A stretch of DNA of 64,000 bases from Helicobacter kayseriensis. GTDB taxonomy: Bacteria > Campylobacterota > Campylobacteria > Campylobacterales > Helicobacteraceae. The DNA lies in NCBI RefSeq assembly GCF_021300655.1, contig NZ_JAJTNB010000001.1, positions 133,770 to 197,769 on the forward strand, written 5' to 3'. The notes under the pieces were generated by a model. That model made no database searches. It had not been told where the DNA came from and saw only the letters and a list, made by a program, of their open reading frames with translations. The position numbers and the translations under genes were made by a program. Below, piece by piece: positions 28,448-39,063 of this stretch (the stretch's first letter is position 1; each line of letters begins with the position of its first letter).

Positions 28448-30180
28448 TTTCCTTCCTCTTTAAATAAAAATAAAATCTTTTTTGAACCGACATTTTCGCC
28501 TTGTGATACGCATATTTTCTCTATTTTTCCATCCCTTGGAGAGAGAATCTCATTTTCCATTTTCATCGCCTCAATAATTCCTAAAACCTCTCCTGTCTTA
28601 ATCTCTTGATCCACCTGAACAAAAATCTTCGTGCAAATTCCACCCATTGGCGCATAAATCGCATTTTCATTCAAAATCTCTTCTTCTTTCAAGCCTTCAT
28701 CTAAAATAGTAATAGCAACATCTTTTTCCTCTCCATCAACCTTCAAGCGCACACTATTATGCTCAATCTCTAAAATTTCAATCTTATATCTCTCTCCACC
28801 ACTATGCAACTCAAATAAATGTCCCAATTTTTGAGCTAATTCTTCTGTTTTGATTTGAGTATCTTTTGTTTCAAAGAATTTCCTTGCAATCTCTCCAAAA
28901 AGTGCATAAGAGATAACATCACTTTCTCTTTGAGCAAAGTCTTTTGATTCTTCCTTGGCTTTGGGCATCTCTGGAGCAAGCTCTGTTTTGATTTGCCCTA
29001 CTCGTTCAACCAACTCTTGGACAATAGGAGCTGGAGTGTGGCCATAAACACCTGCAATAAGATTTTTGGATTCTGTTGTGAGAGTTTTATAGCGTTCATT
29101 TTGCAAGACATTCAAAACCGCTTGAGTTCCGACAATCTGACTTGTAGGCGTTACAAGAGGAATATATCCAAAATCTTTTCTTACCTCAATAATCTCTTGT
29201 GCAACTTGCGCCATTTTATCCAATGCGTTTTGCTCTCTGAGTTGATTGGCAAGATTAGAAATCATTCCACCTGGGATTTGGGTGCTCAAAATCTCTGTGT
29301 CAATTTGATTGAAACTTGATTCAAATTGTGCGTAGTGATTTCTTACCTCTTTTAAGATTCTAGAAGCCCTCTCCATAGGTTCTAATTCTAGCCCGCAGTC
29401 CCATTGACTTCCTTGCAATGTAGCTACCATTGCTTGAGTGCTTGGATGAGAAGTTCCTCCACTTAATGCACTATTGCTCAAGTCAAGTATATCCACACCC
29501 GCCTCAAGCGCCTTAAGATGCGTACCAAAGGCAAAACCTGTCGTGCTATGCACATGCAATGCAATCTCTGCTCCAGTTTCTTCTTTGATCGCTTTGATTA
29601 ACTCATATCCCTCAAATGGCTTAAGCAATCCTGCCATATCCTTAATCGCCAAACTTTGACACCCCATAGCCAAAAGTTCTTTGGCATAACTCACAAAAAA
29701 TGAACGATGATGCACTGGAGAGGTAGTATAACAAATCGCACCTTGAGCATGCTTTCCACATTTAAGAACAGCTTCAATACTTGTTTTTAGATTTTTTGCA
29801 TCATTAAGCGCATCAAAAATCCTAAAAATATCTACTCCCCCCTCACTGCTCAAACGCACAAACTCCCTCACAACATCATCGGCATAATGACGATATCCTA
29901 CAAGATTCTGTCCTCTTAAAAGCATCTGAATTGGCGTTGTTTTAAAGATTTCCTTAAATGCAAAGAGACGCTCAAAAGGATCCTCTCCCAAATATCTCAA
30001 ACAAGCATCATAAGTCGCTCCACCCCAAACTTCCACACTATGAAATCCAATTTCTTCAAAAATTTTTGCCACTTCAAGCATATCTTGAGTTTTAACTCGT
30101 GTTGCAAGAAGAGATTGAATCCCATCTCTGAGTGAATTTTCAGTAATTCTAATTTTTTTCATGATTGATCCCTTTGCCAA
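28444..30180 (-). CDS. pycB: Pyruvate carboxylase subunit B / oxaloacetate decarboxylase alpha (carboxyltransferase + biotinyl domain)
   Basis: ITENSLRDGIQSL HMGL-like TIM-barrel N-terminus and a C-terminal biotin attachment motif EAMKMENEI. Confidence 0.85.
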   Translation of the reverse strand: MAKGSIMKKIRITENSLRDGIQSLLATRVKTQDMLEVAKIFEEIGFHSVEVWGGATYDACLRYLGEDPFERLFAFKEIFKTTPIQMLLRGQNLVGYRHYADDVVREFVRLSSEGGVDIFRIFDALNDAKNLKTSIEAVLKCGKHAQGAICYTTSPVHHRSFFVSYAKELLAMGCQSLAIKDMAGLLKPFEGYELIKAIKEETGAEIALHVHSTTGFAFGTHLKALEAGVDILDLSNSALSGGTSHPSTQAMVATLQGSQWDCGLELEPMERASRILKEVRNHYAQFESSFNQIDTEILSTQIPGGMISNLANQLREQNALDKMAQVAQEIIEVRKDFGYIPLVTPTSQIVGTQAVLNVLQNERYKTLTTESKNLIAGVYGHTPAPIVQELVERVGQIKTELAPEMPKAKEESKDFAQRESDVISYALFGEIARKFFETKDTQIKTEELAQKLGHLFELHSGGERYKIEILEIEHNSVRLKVDGEEKDVAITILDEGLKEEEILNENAIYAPMGGICTKIFVQVDQEIKTGEVLGIIEAMKMENEILSPRDGKIEKICVSQGENVGSKKILFLFKEEGK

Positions 30181-30215
30181 CTTTACAAGGTTTCAATTTT
30201 ATCAAAGCTTGGTTT

Positions 30216-30908
30216 TCAAATCGCAAAAACAAGCTTTGTGCAATTCATCTTATCTTCACTTCCCAAAAAATGTAACCCCTCTAGATGCTCTTCTATCTTA
30301 TAAATCCCACCATTTTTAGCAATCTCTCTCAAAGCCACCCCTCGATAATATTTTGCATAATGACTGACTCTTTTTCCGTTTTTCAAAAATTCAAAAGTAA
30401 AGTAATGCGACTTTGGAACATAAAGCTTCTGATAAAACTCTGCCCTCAAATCAATAATGCATTCACCCTGAAGCATCTCATCCAATTCTTTTTCCAACTC
30501 CTGATAAAGCGTTTTTGTTTTGAAATGAGCAAACCCCTCACCCTGCTTGAGTTTATAAAATGGAAGATTCTCTTTTGCACTGATTGGCCCAAAAAGATTG
30601 CTAAAGATCACAACAGAATCCAAAATAACTTTTCTTGCCTCACAATCTAGTGATGAAAACCCCAATGCTTCATAAGCCACTCCACTATAACACTCAATAG
30701 CAGGTAAAACACCATAATGCATTGATTGTTGTCTGACTTTTTGAATCTCTTCTAGCTTTTTTAGACCCCAGATTTTTTGAAGCTCCCCAACTTCAGCATT
30801 TTGCACAAAATCTAAATATGCTTGATGGATTATCTTCACCCTATTTGCAAGAGGAGATTGAGAAGAGGTATAAACCTTTCCTTCACTTGGGGAGAATAAA
30901 ATCTTCAT
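30216..30908 (-). CDS. yaaA: Peroxide stress protein YaaA (DUF328/UPF0246)
   Basis: MKILFSPSEGK start, 230 aa. Confidence 0.7.
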   Translation of the reverse strand: MKILFSPSEGKVYTSSQSPLANRVKIIHQAYLDFVQNAEVGELQKIWGLKKLEEIQKVRQQSMHYGVLPAIECYSGVAYEALGFSSLDCEARKVILDSVVIFSNLFGPISAKENLPFYKLKQGEGFAHFKTKTLYQELEKELDEMLQGECIIDLRAEFYQKLYVPKSHYFTFEFLKNGKRVSHYAKYYRGVALREIAKNGGIYKIEEHLEGLHFLGSEDKMNCTKLVFAI

Positions 30909-31457
30909 CTATTTCCCACCATAGCAATTGATTTTCATTTGATATGTTTGATACGGAAATTGATTGATCGTCTTTTGAAATGTAACAGATTCCCCTACCT
31001 GAATCCCTTGAGAAATTTTATATTTATATCTTTTATAAGGCAAAAGCATATTAAGCATTTGATTTTTGAGAGTATTGGAAGAGCGCAAAACATCTAGCAC
31101 AAAATAACAATGCCCTATTTTTAGCTTTCCCTGATTATAAATTTTGGCATCGACATAAAAGGTGGGGCTATATTCTAGGCGTTTTGCCATTATGTACTCC
31201 ACCCTATTTTTATAAAAAATATTTTGATTGATCCAAAAAACAATCACAGGCGTTGCCAGCAAAACCATATAAGCCAGAATACTTAAAATTTGCGGGATAA
31301 AAAAACGCACTCGACTAAAAATACAACTCAAAAAATAAAATAAGACAAAAACAAGAAAACAACCCCCAAAAACCAAAAGGTCAAAATAGCTCAAAAGAGA
31401 GAAGGTATCTACAATCACCTCTTTTGCGCTATGCACCCAATGATTTAAACTCCCCAT
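30909..31457 (-). CDS. Hypothetical membrane protein
   Basis: 182 aa with two predicted TM helices near the N-terminus. No recognisable motifs. Confidence 0.4.
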   Translation of the reverse strand: MGSLNHWVHSAKEVIVDTFSLLSYFDLLVFGGCFLVFVLFYFLSCIFSRVRFFIPQILSILAYMVLLATPVIVFWINQNIFYKNRVEYIMAKRLEYSPTFYVDAKIYNQGKLKIGHCYFVLDVLRSSNTLKNQMLNMLLPYKRYKYKISQGIQVGESVTFQKTINQFPYQTYQMKINCYGGK

Positions 31458-31460
31458 TGC

Positions 31461-32540
31461 CTACCTTGAAATACTTGAAGAGTGTTGCTTGTTTTTAGAA
31501 TCTAGCCAAATATTAGGAACAGCCCCACCAGGAGTTAAGAAAATTTGAGCATCTCTATTGACCTTAAGCGCTTCATTGAATTTCCCTTGCATCTCAATTT
31601 GACGCAATTCTAAGAGTCTTGGCGTTAGGCTATCTGCTATTGTCTTATTAGCCTTACTTTGGGCATTTGCTTCAATCAAAATTGCATCAGCCACCCCTTG
31701 AGCTTTGACACGATTGGCCTCTGCCTCACCACGAGCAAGAGCTGCAACTTTTTCGGCCTCTTGCTTAGCCTTCTCAACCTCATATTTTACACGCTCTGAT
31801 TCTTGACGAGCAATTTGGACTTTTTCAATTTGTTCTTTGATATTGTTGGGTAGAACAATCTCTCTTAATTGAATCGAATCAAGTCTTACAGGAGAATTGG
31901 CAAGTTTTGAAATCTCATCAGCAATATTGGTGCTAATAAGCTGAGCAATCTCATTTCTCTTGATAGGAAGTTCTTCTGCTGGATATCTTCCCACAACACT
32001 TCGCACAACATCACGCACTACAGGATTGATGATTTTTTGTTCCCATGAAAGTCCATAGGTCGCAATCGTTTGGGGAACTTTTTCTGGGTTTAGAGAATAC
32101 TGCACTGTGAGCTCAATGCTTACAGAAAGTCCCCTTGCATCCATCACAGAAATTGCATCATTACGGAAGATTCCTTGGTTTTTCCCCATTACCCCCATAT
32201 CCTCCGTCCGAGAAAAGTTAATAATCCTTACGCGCGTATCCACCACAATCACATTTTGCAAAATCGGCACGAAGAAATGAAACCCAGGCTGAAGCGGAGT
32301 GTTATCATACTTTCCTGCTGTGACCTTAATCCCTACTTCACCAGAATTAATCACTACAAATGGTCGCGCCACAATCAAAAGCAACACAATCACAGCTCCT
32401 ACAATCAAAAAGCCCAGTTTCTTTCCACCAAAATCAAAATTGGGTGTTTTTGAGGGAGTTTCTTTTCTGCGTGGCTCTTGAGAAGGTTCTTCTCGATTCA
32501 TATTTTTTTTCTTTAAATGTTCATTGAGATCAATGGGCAT
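31461..32540 (-). CDS. SPFH/band-7 (HflK/HflC/stomatin-like) membrane protein
   Basis: A charged N-terminus, one TM helix, and an SPFH domain with a coiled-coil tail (QIARQESERVKYEVEKAKQEAEKVAALARGEAEA). Confidence 0.7.
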   Translation of the reverse strand: MPIDLNEHLKKKNMNREEPSQEPRRKETPSKTPNFDFGGKKLGFLIVGAVIVLLLIVARPFVVINSGEVGIKVTAGKYDNTPLQPGFHFFVPILQNVIVVDTRVRIINFSRTEDMGVMGKNQGIFRNDAISVMDARGLSVSIELTVQYSLNPEKVPQTIATYGLSWEQKIINPVVRDVVRSVVGRYPAEELPIKRNEIAQLISTNIADEISKLANSPVRLDSIQLREIVLPNNIKEQIEKVQIARQESERVKYEVEKAKQEAEKVAALARGEAEANRVKAQGVADAILIEANAQSKANKTIADSLTPRLLELRQIEMQGKFNEALKVNRDAQIFLTPGGAVPNIWLDSKNKQHSSSISR

Positions 32541-32587
32541 TCTAACTCCTCACTTAGTTGTAATAAGATGGGTAATTCTATCTAATC

Positions 32588-34528
32588 TCACTTTAATGCC
32601 TCGCTTTTTTCAAGCACTTCAAAATATTCCTGCATCTTTTTTTCATAGATCTCTTTGAGTTCTTCCAGCTCTTTGGCAATCGTAGAAATTCCTCGCTTTT
32701 CATACATTTCTGGATCACTAAGTTCATTTTCCAAAGCCTTAATTTTCTCCTCAAGTTTTTCAATCTCACTAGGTAAAATTTCCAAGGCTCTTTGATCCTT
32801 ATAGCTTAGCTTTGTAGGCTTTTTCTCCTCTTGTTGCTTTACTTGCTTGCGCTCTTGTTCTTCAAGCTCTTTTTGATATTTATCATAGTGCATTAGCTCT
32901 TTTTTGTCTTCTAAATATTCACTATAGCTTCCATATCGCTCTACAACCCTGCCATTCCCCTCAAAAACAAACAAACGATCTGTGATCTTATCTACAAAAT
33001 AACGATCATGGCTGACTAGCAAAACACATCCATCAAACAAAGCCAAATTTTCTTCTAAGATATTGATCGTTGCGATATCCAAATCATTTGTAGGTTCATC
33101 TAAAATCAAACAATCATATTCTTTAGTAAAAAGAAGGGCAAGAGCAAGGCGATTTTTTTCTCCTCCGCTTAGGTTTGCAATTTTTTGATTCAAAAACTCT
33201 TTAGGGAAAAGAAAATTCTTCAGATAACCAAAAACATGCATATTCTTTCCCCTCACATCTACCCGATCTCCCCCAAATGGACAAAAGGTTTCCAAGATAT
33301 TCTTATCCTCATCTAAACTTGTGCGATGTTGATCAAAATACCCTATTCTCACTTCACCTCTTTTAAGCTCACCACTCTGAAGAGGTTCTATACCCAACAA
33401 CACTTTTAAAAGACTGCTTTTCCCGCCTCCATTTCTGCCAACAATAGCAATCTTATCTCTTTGTAAAATTCTAAAACTCAGATTTTCAAAAAGGACCTTA
33501 TCTCCTATCTTTTGAGAAATTTGATGAGCCTCAAAAAGCATCTTTTTATTATTTTTCCCCTCTGTTTGATTGAAAGATTTTTGCTCTCTTTGGAGTTCTA
33601 GCTTCATTTTATGTATGACAGATGGATTGGCCTTGGCTTTTTCTCGCATCTCAAAAAGTCTCTTTTTGCGCCCTTCATTGCGTTTCAACCTCGCTTTGAC
33701 CCCTCTTCTTAGCCACTCCTCTTCATTTTTAAGAAGCTTTAGAAGGACTTCATGCTCCTTACTCAATGCGCGCAACATCTCTTCTTTTTGCGACAAATAG
33801 CTCATATATCCACCCTCAAAACTTGTCAGTTTTCCATTCTCAATCTCAAGCACACGCGTTGCTAGATTCTCAATAAAGTAGCGATCATGGCTTATCAAAA
33901 CAAGAGTAGTTTTGAGTGAAAGCAATTTTTGCTCTAAAAATTCAACCATCTCCACATCAAGATGATTTGTTGGCTCATCAAGAAGCAAAATATCACATTG
34001 CTGAAAAAGGATCTGAGAAAGTGCAACACGCTTTTGTTCTCCTCCGCTTAATGAGCCAATCCTGCGATCTTTAAAAGCATGCAAAGAAAAAGCATCAATC
34101 ACTTCTTCAACTTTAGATTCTAAATCCCAAGCATTTAATCGATCCATCAATAAGCTTAATGTCTCATATTCTCTCAACAAGCTTTGATCTTTTGGAGAAT
34201 CTTGTAACAAATGATTAACCTCATTTAGACGCTGATGAGAAGACTTAAGATCGCTTAAACTATTTTCTATTGCTTCCTTCACGCTAAGATTTGGATCAAA
34301 AGAAGGAATTTGTGGCAAATAAGAAATTTTCAAATCATTTTGGAAGATTCTCTCACCTTCATCTAAATCGCAATCCCCCAAAATAATTTTCAAAAGAGTG
34401 GATTTTCCTCCTCCGTTTTTACCCACAATCGCGATGCGCTCACCTTCACGAATCGACAATGAAACACAAGATAAAATAACCTTTAAATCAAAGGCCTTAG
34501 AAGCCTCTTGAAGAGAAAGCAACGCCAT
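32588..34528 (-). CDS. ABC-F family ATPase (tandem ABC domains, no TMD; Uup/EttA-like translation factor)
   Basis: Two Walker A motifs (GKNGGGKST, GRNGGGKSS) and two signatures (LSGGEQKRVAL, LSGGEKNRLALA), plus a C-terminal coiled coil. Confidence 0.85.
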   Translation of the reverse strand: MALLSLQEASKAFDLKVILSCVSLSIREGERIAIVGKNGGGKSTLLKIILGDCDLDEGERIFQNDLKISYLPQIPSFDPNLSVKEAIENSLSDLKSSHQRLNEVNHLLQDSPKDQSLLREYETLSLLMDRLNAWDLESKVEEVIDAFSLHAFKDRRIGSLSGGEQKRVALSQILFQQCDILLLDEPTNHLDVEMVEFLEQKLLSLKTTLVLISHDRYFIENLATRVLEIENGKLTSFEGGYMSYLSQKEEMLRALSKEHEVLLKLLKNEEEWLRRGVKARLKRNEGRKKRLFEMREKAKANPSVIHKMKLELQREQKSFNQTEGKNNKKMLFEAHQISQKIGDKVLFENLSFRILQRDKIAIVGRNGGGKSSLLKVLLGIEPLQSGELKRGEVRIGYFDQHRTSLDEDKNILETFCPFGGDRVDVRGKNMHVFGYLKNFLFPKEFLNQKIANLSGGEKNRLALALLFTKEYDCLILDEPTNDLDIATINILEENLALFDGCVLLVSHDRYFVDKITDRLFVFEGNGRVVERYGSYSEYLEDKKELMHYDKYQKELEEQERKQVKQQEEKKPTKLSYKDQRALEILPSEIEKLEEKIKALENELSDPEMYEKRGISTIAKELEELKEIYEKKMQEYFEVLEKSEALK

Positions 34529-35229
34529 TAGTGATTGAGCTCGTTGAAATGCTTGTGATAAACCTCTTGCATCTGCACTTCCAGTCTTTCATACCAATCT
34601 TCTCCAACCTCTGAAGGGATAAAGGATTTGAGCGCCACAATACGCGCTTTGCTCCCTCTACTTTCCATAGGAGAACTATTATAAATGCGACTTGAATTGA
34701 CAAGAACAATGGGCTGAACTCTAAGTTTAAGCTTTTCAGCAATCATCTTTGCTCCATTCTTAAAGGGCAAAAATTGGCTTTCATCCTTACATCGTGTCCC
34801 TTCTGGAAAAATCACAAGAGGCCTACCTTGACTTAAGGCTGTTTTTGCTTCTTTGAAAATATAAATCAAGCTTGCCCGATCTTCCCTATCGATCAAAATC
34901 ATCTTGGGCCCCTTAAGTGCATAACCATAAAATGGAATCTCTCCAAGTTGCTTTTTTGCAATCCAGCACAAATTTCTTGGATGCAATCCCTCTAAAAAAA
35001 TAATATCAACAGCAGATTGGTGATTGAGCATCAATAAATCTGCTTCTTCATCAAAGGCTCCAAAAATTTCAAGCTCAAATCGATTAAAAGGAAAAAAGAT
35101 CCTGCACCATGTGCGTGCAAAACGAGAATTATTCTTCTTTTCTGAAAATTTCATAAAAAACATAATAATGGCCAAACCAATTGCAATACTCAATGTTGCA
35201 ATAAGACCTTTAATTTTACTGACACTCAT
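34528..35229 (-). CDS. plsC: 1-acyl-sn-glycerol-3-phosphate acyltransferase
   Basis: HX4D motif NHQSAVDI and an FPEGTR motif. Confidence 0.8.
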   Translation of the reverse strand: MSVSKIKGLIATLSIAIGLAIIMFFMKFSEKKNNSRFARTWCRIFFPFNRFELEIFGAFDEEADLLMLNHQSAVDIIFLEGLHPRNLCWIAKKQLGEIPFYGYALKGPKMILIDREDRASLIYIFKEAKTALSQGRPLVIFPEGTRCKDESQFLPFKNGAKMIAEKLKLRVQPIVLVNSSRIYNSSPMESRGSKARIVALKSFIPSEVGEDWYERLEVQMQEVYHKHFNELNH

Positions 35230-36307
35230 TTTCTCTCACCCATCCAATCTTAGAATCTTCAAACTTGATCTTATAAAACTCTCCATGTCGACCAATGACT
35301 TCTACACGCACTGGAAATGTTATATTTTGCATCGGAGTAGAATTTTTGGTCGGCAAAATGGTAATTTGCGCATTGGGTTTTAATACAACTTCTTTTGTAT
35401 TGAAAATTTCATAAAGCCATATCCCAAAAAGCACAATTCCCAAAACAAACAAAAATCTAGAAAGCCGTTTTTGCCTTCTTAGATAAAATGCTAATACCCA
35501 AAGAAGAACGACCAACGCAACCAACACGACATTACTTAAGATTAAGAAATTATTCTTAGGTTCCAAATCACTTTGTGTGCTTACGCGATCATCTTGCAAG
35601 ACAATTGGAACAATCTTCTCTTCATAACGCAAAGTTTGGAGATTAAAAAAAGTAAATTTGATTTCTTTAAGATGAGAGGAGATGACCGCATAATACAACC
35701 CACTACTCTCTCCATTTTTTTGAGTAAGCTCTTCATTAAATCCTTGCTTATCAATTGCTTTGAGCTTAAAATCTTCCAAATTTCCTCCCTTAGATCTCAA
35801 CTCAAAGATAACAATATTATTCCACTCATCATATTTTTTAGACTTTGCACTCAAAACTCGTAGCTCATCGCTCAAAACCCCACAATACTCTTCCCCGTCC
35901 AAAACAATTGCCTCATATTTTTTCCCTAGCACTTCATCGCTATCTGTATAGCTTCCATCTTGAGAAATTGCAACAACTTTTAGTGTTGGAAGAGCAAAAT
36001 TTGCGGATTTGATTTTATAGACAAAAGTATTCTCATAACTTTCATCCTCTTTTTTTATCCAACTTGAATGGGGATTGAGTAGCTCCACTCCTTCTGCAAG
36101 CTTTTTATTTTCATCTGCAATAAACTCAACATCCATTAAGGAAGCGCCAGAAAAAAGCAAAAGACTATATTTGAGTTCAATCTTCTGACCGACATAAAAC
36201 TCTCGCTCAGAATCTAAGGGGGTCAATAAACGCAAATAAGCAATCTTTGAATTTTGTGCCCCCAACAATGAAAGCACCCATATCAATAAACAACATATTC
36301 TTTTCAT
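35216..36307 (-). CDS. Hypothetical exported/membrane-anchored protein with C-terminal SH3b-like domain (BatD-like architecture)
   Basis: Signal peptide, a large periplasmic region, a single TM helix (VVLVALVVLLWVLAFYL), then a ~70-aa beta-rich tail (GEFYKIKFEDSKIGWVREN). Confidence 0.4.
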   Translation of the reverse strand: MKRICCLLIWVLSLLGAQNSKIAYLRLLTPLDSEREFYVGQKIELKYSLLLFSGASLMDVEFIADENKKLAEGVELLNPHSSWIKKEDESYENTFVYKIKSANFALPTLKVVAISQDGSYTDSDEVLGKKYEAIVLDGEEYCGVLSDELRVLSAKSKKYDEWNNIVIFELRSKGGNLEDFKLKAIDKQGFNEELTQKNGESSGLYYAVISSHLKEIKFTFFNLQTLRYEEKIVPIVLQDDRVSTQSDLEPKNNFLILSNVVLVALVVLLWVLAFYLRRQKRLSRFLFVLGIVLFGIWLYEIFNTKEVVLKPNAQITILPTKNSTPMQNITFPVRVEVIGRHGEFYKIKFEDSKIGWVRENECQ

Positions 36308-36321
36308 CAATTCTAACTTTG

Positions 36322-37668
36322 TTATTGTTTTTGTTCTTTCTGCACAACGCCCCACGCCTTCAAAACATCAATTCCAACTTTGAGTTGATTGTCCTTCATA
36401 ACCATTTCTTGGGTGATTGTTTTTTCCTTGGTTTTATTTTTTTTCACTTCTTTGGTTTTTTTGTCTTTGGGGTCATCTATCTTCTCAAGTTCTCCCTCCA
36501 AATGCTTACGAAGATCAGCTTCTTTGATCTCAAATCCATTCTTGTTTCCCTGAGGCACATCTCCATAAAAAGCTTCAATATCTGGCTTGATTCCCACAGC
36601 TTGAATTGTTCTTCCGCTTGGGAGATAATATTTGGCTGTTGTAAGCTTTAGTCCATCTGTTTTCCCTAAGGGAATCACCACCTGCACACTTCCCTTGCCA
36701 AAGCTCTGTTCTCCAACAAGCACAGCTCTTTTGTGATCTTGCATCGCTCCTGCCACAATTTCACTGGCACTAGCACTTCCTCCATTGATCAAAACAACCA
36801 TGGGAATCGAAGAAAAAGGAGCCTTACCATTGACACTAAAGGCGATATTATCCTCTTTGGAGCGCCCCTTTTGAGATACTACTACACCTTTTTTGATAAA
36901 TAGTTCAGAAAGCTCAACAGCTTGATTGAGTAACCCTCCAGGATTGTTACGTAAATCCAAAATAATTCCTTTGACTTTTCCAGCCTTTTCAAGCAAACTT
37001 TTAACCGCACTAGAGACATTTTTATCAAATGAGCTTACGCGGATATAATAGTAATCTGTCCCATCGATTTTGCGACCAAAAACAGAATCAACCTTAATCA
37101 TATCTCTCTTCAAATCAAAAACCAAAGGCTTTGCCTCTCCTTTGCGATAAATCGTAAGTTGCAATGGAGTGCCCTTTTTCCCCCTCATAAGATTAACTGC
37201 ATCATCAATCCCCATATTGAGCGTACTTTTGTCATTGATTTTTAAAATCACATCTCCAGCTTTCATTCCTGCCTTATCTGCTGGAGAATCATCAAGAGGA
37301 GCAATCACGGTCAAAGCTCCATCTTTCATGCCAAGCGTGATCCCAATTCCTCCAAATTCTCCATCGGTTTGCGCTTTAAGATCTTTAAATTTTTTTTCAC
37401 TTAAATATGCTGAATGAGCATCAAGATTTGCCAAAAGCCCCTCAATGGCCTTATCCACAATTTCATTGATTTCTACTTCATCAACATAATTATTTTCAAC
37501 TAAATTGATCACCTTGCGGAGTTTTTTGTAGGGCTCAAGACGATTTTGAGCATTTTCTTTTTTCTCTTGTTTGTCTTGTTGTGTATTAGTCACTGCTAAA
37601 GCCATGCCAAAAATAAGAGATATCACAACAAAAACTTTAATCAAAGATGCAATTTTTCGATTTTTCAC
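36322..37668 (-). CDS. ctpA: Carboxyl-terminal processing protease (S41, PDZ domain)
   Basis: PDZ region plus the catalytic GGSASASEIVAGA context, 448 aa. Confidence 0.85.
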   Translation of the reverse strand: MKNRKIASLIKVFVVISLIFGMALAVTNTQQDKQEKKENAQNRLEPYKKLRKVINLVENNYVDEVEINEIVDKAIEGLLANLDAHSAYLSEKKFKDLKAQTDGEFGGIGITLGMKDGALTVIAPLDDSPADKAGMKAGDVILKINDKSTLNMGIDDAVNLMRGKKGTPLQLTIYRKGEAKPLVFDLKRDMIKVDSVFGRKIDGTDYYYIRVSSFDKNVSSAVKSLLEKAGKVKGIILDLRNNPGGLLNQAVELSELFIKKGVVVSQKGRSKEDNIAFSVNGKAPFSSIPMVVLINGGSASASEIVAGAMQDHKRAVLVGEQSFGKGSVQVVIPLGKTDGLKLTTAKYYLPSGRTIQAVGIKPDIEAFYGDVPQGNKNGFEIKEADLRKHLEGELEKIDDPKDKKTKEVKKNKTKEKTITQEMVMKDNQLKVGIDVLKAWGVVQKEQKQ

Positions 37669-37721
37669 AACGCTATCCTTCCTCTAAATATCTTATTCAG
37701 TGTTATTGCAGGGAGATTTTA

Positions 37722-38849
37722 TCACTTTATGCCCAATCTCCTAAGGGAGAAAAGTTTATAAATCAGGCATTTTACAAAAACCCCTATTCTTCGGCTTCTA
37801 ACTATAAGAAAAGACTTGATTATGTAAAAAATAGGAGGAAGTATTGGCACATAACCATACTGCCTAATTTGATGATAAAGCTCAAGACAATGCCTTGGGT
37901 CATTGTTCTTTTTAATTTTATAAAAATAGGGAATCAAAAAATGAAAAACTCTCCATCTTAACCGTCTTTTGAGCTCCAATTCAAGCCCCTCTTCAAGCTT
38001 TTGCTCTTGCAAATCTTGATGTGCTCTTAAAATATTAATGCAATCAGAATAGAAAAGATTATAAAACTTGGCATCCCAAAAAGAAAGGAACTTCCCCTCT
38101 AAATCTTTCATATATGAAGGATAAGAAACCTTATGAGGATTTGTAATAGATCCTTTTCTGATTCTATAGCACAATAACTGTTCATGCAAAATGCCAATTT
38201 TTACAGAGCGTGAAAAAAGCATAAAAGCAAATGCCACATCCTCATACTCAATCCCCTCAACAAAACGCAAATTTTTCAAAAGTCCTGACCTAATCACTCC
38301 ATGCCAAGCGAAATTTAGATGCTGTGTTGTCATACTCTGAAACATTTCTTCAACCAAAAGAATGCTTGGAGCTTCTTTTTTAAAAGGAAAATAACTCAAA
38401 TAGCTATACTCTGCCTTTTCTTGAAAAAACAGATAATAATCATGCCAAAGGCAATCAATCCCCTGATGGGCACTCAAAAAATCAACACATTTTTCAATGC
38501 AATGAGGCTCAAGATAATCATCGCTATCCAAAAAATGAATATAGTCAGGGACAAACGGATCAGAATGAGCATAGACTTTGCAATCTTTGGGTATTGAGGA
38601 CATTAAATAGTCCATACCGACATTTCTTGCTTGACTCAATCCTCCATTTGGCTTTTGTATTAAGGTCACTCTTGAGTCTTTCTGAAAATATTGATAAGCA
38701 ATTTCAGAGCTTCCATCAAAACTTCCATCATCAACCAAAACAATTTGCATATGCTTATAGGTTTGACAAATCACAGAATCTAGGCATTCTTGAAGGTATT
38801 CTTTTACATTATAAATAGGGATAATGATTCCAAAATTAATTTCTTTCAA
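37722..38849 (-). CDS. Family 2 glycosyltransferase (intact paralogue of the phase-variable GT2 at 45212-46323)
   Basis: GIIIPIYNVKEYLQECLDSVICQTY...VDDGS...DSDD motifs, 375 aa. Confidence 0.8.
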   Translation of the reverse strand: MKEINFGIIIPIYNVKEYLQECLDSVICQTYKHMQIVLVDDGSFDGSSEIAYQYFQKDSRVTLIQKPNGGLSQARNVGMDYLMSSIPKDCKVYAHSDPFVPDYIHFLDSDDYLEPHCIEKCVDFLSAHQGIDCLWHDYYLFFQEKAEYSYLSYFPFKKEAPSILLVEEMFQSMTTQHLNFAWHGVIRSGLLKNLRFVEGIEYEDVAFAFMLFSRSVKIGILHEQLLCYRIRKGSITNPHKVSYPSYMKDLEGKFLSFWDAKFYNLFYSDCINILRAHQDLQEQKLEEGLELELKRRLRWRVFHFLIPYFYKIKKNNDPRHCLELYHQIRQYGYVPILPPIFYIIKSFLIVRSRRIGVFVKCLIYKLFSLRRLGIK

Positions 38850-39063
38850 AAATTTTCCTTACATTATTAAAAATATCTATTGAAATTTTATTGCAGATTC
38901 CCCTTATCTACAAATTCTCTCTATCCAAAACATGAAATTCATCAACTTTTATAAAAATAAACATAAAAAACTTTATAGTAAATGACTAAATTTATATAAT
39001 TGATTTGTTATTAAACTTTGTATTTTTTAGCATTTAGAGATATAAAGTGATAAAGGAGATAAT

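Noticed and set aside
38850-39063. Searched the clpB upstream region for a HspR HAIR box (CTTGAGT-N7-ACTCAAG) or CIRCE element.
   Set aside because: There is no convincing match. Only a TATAAT-like -10 (about 38993-38998) is visible.
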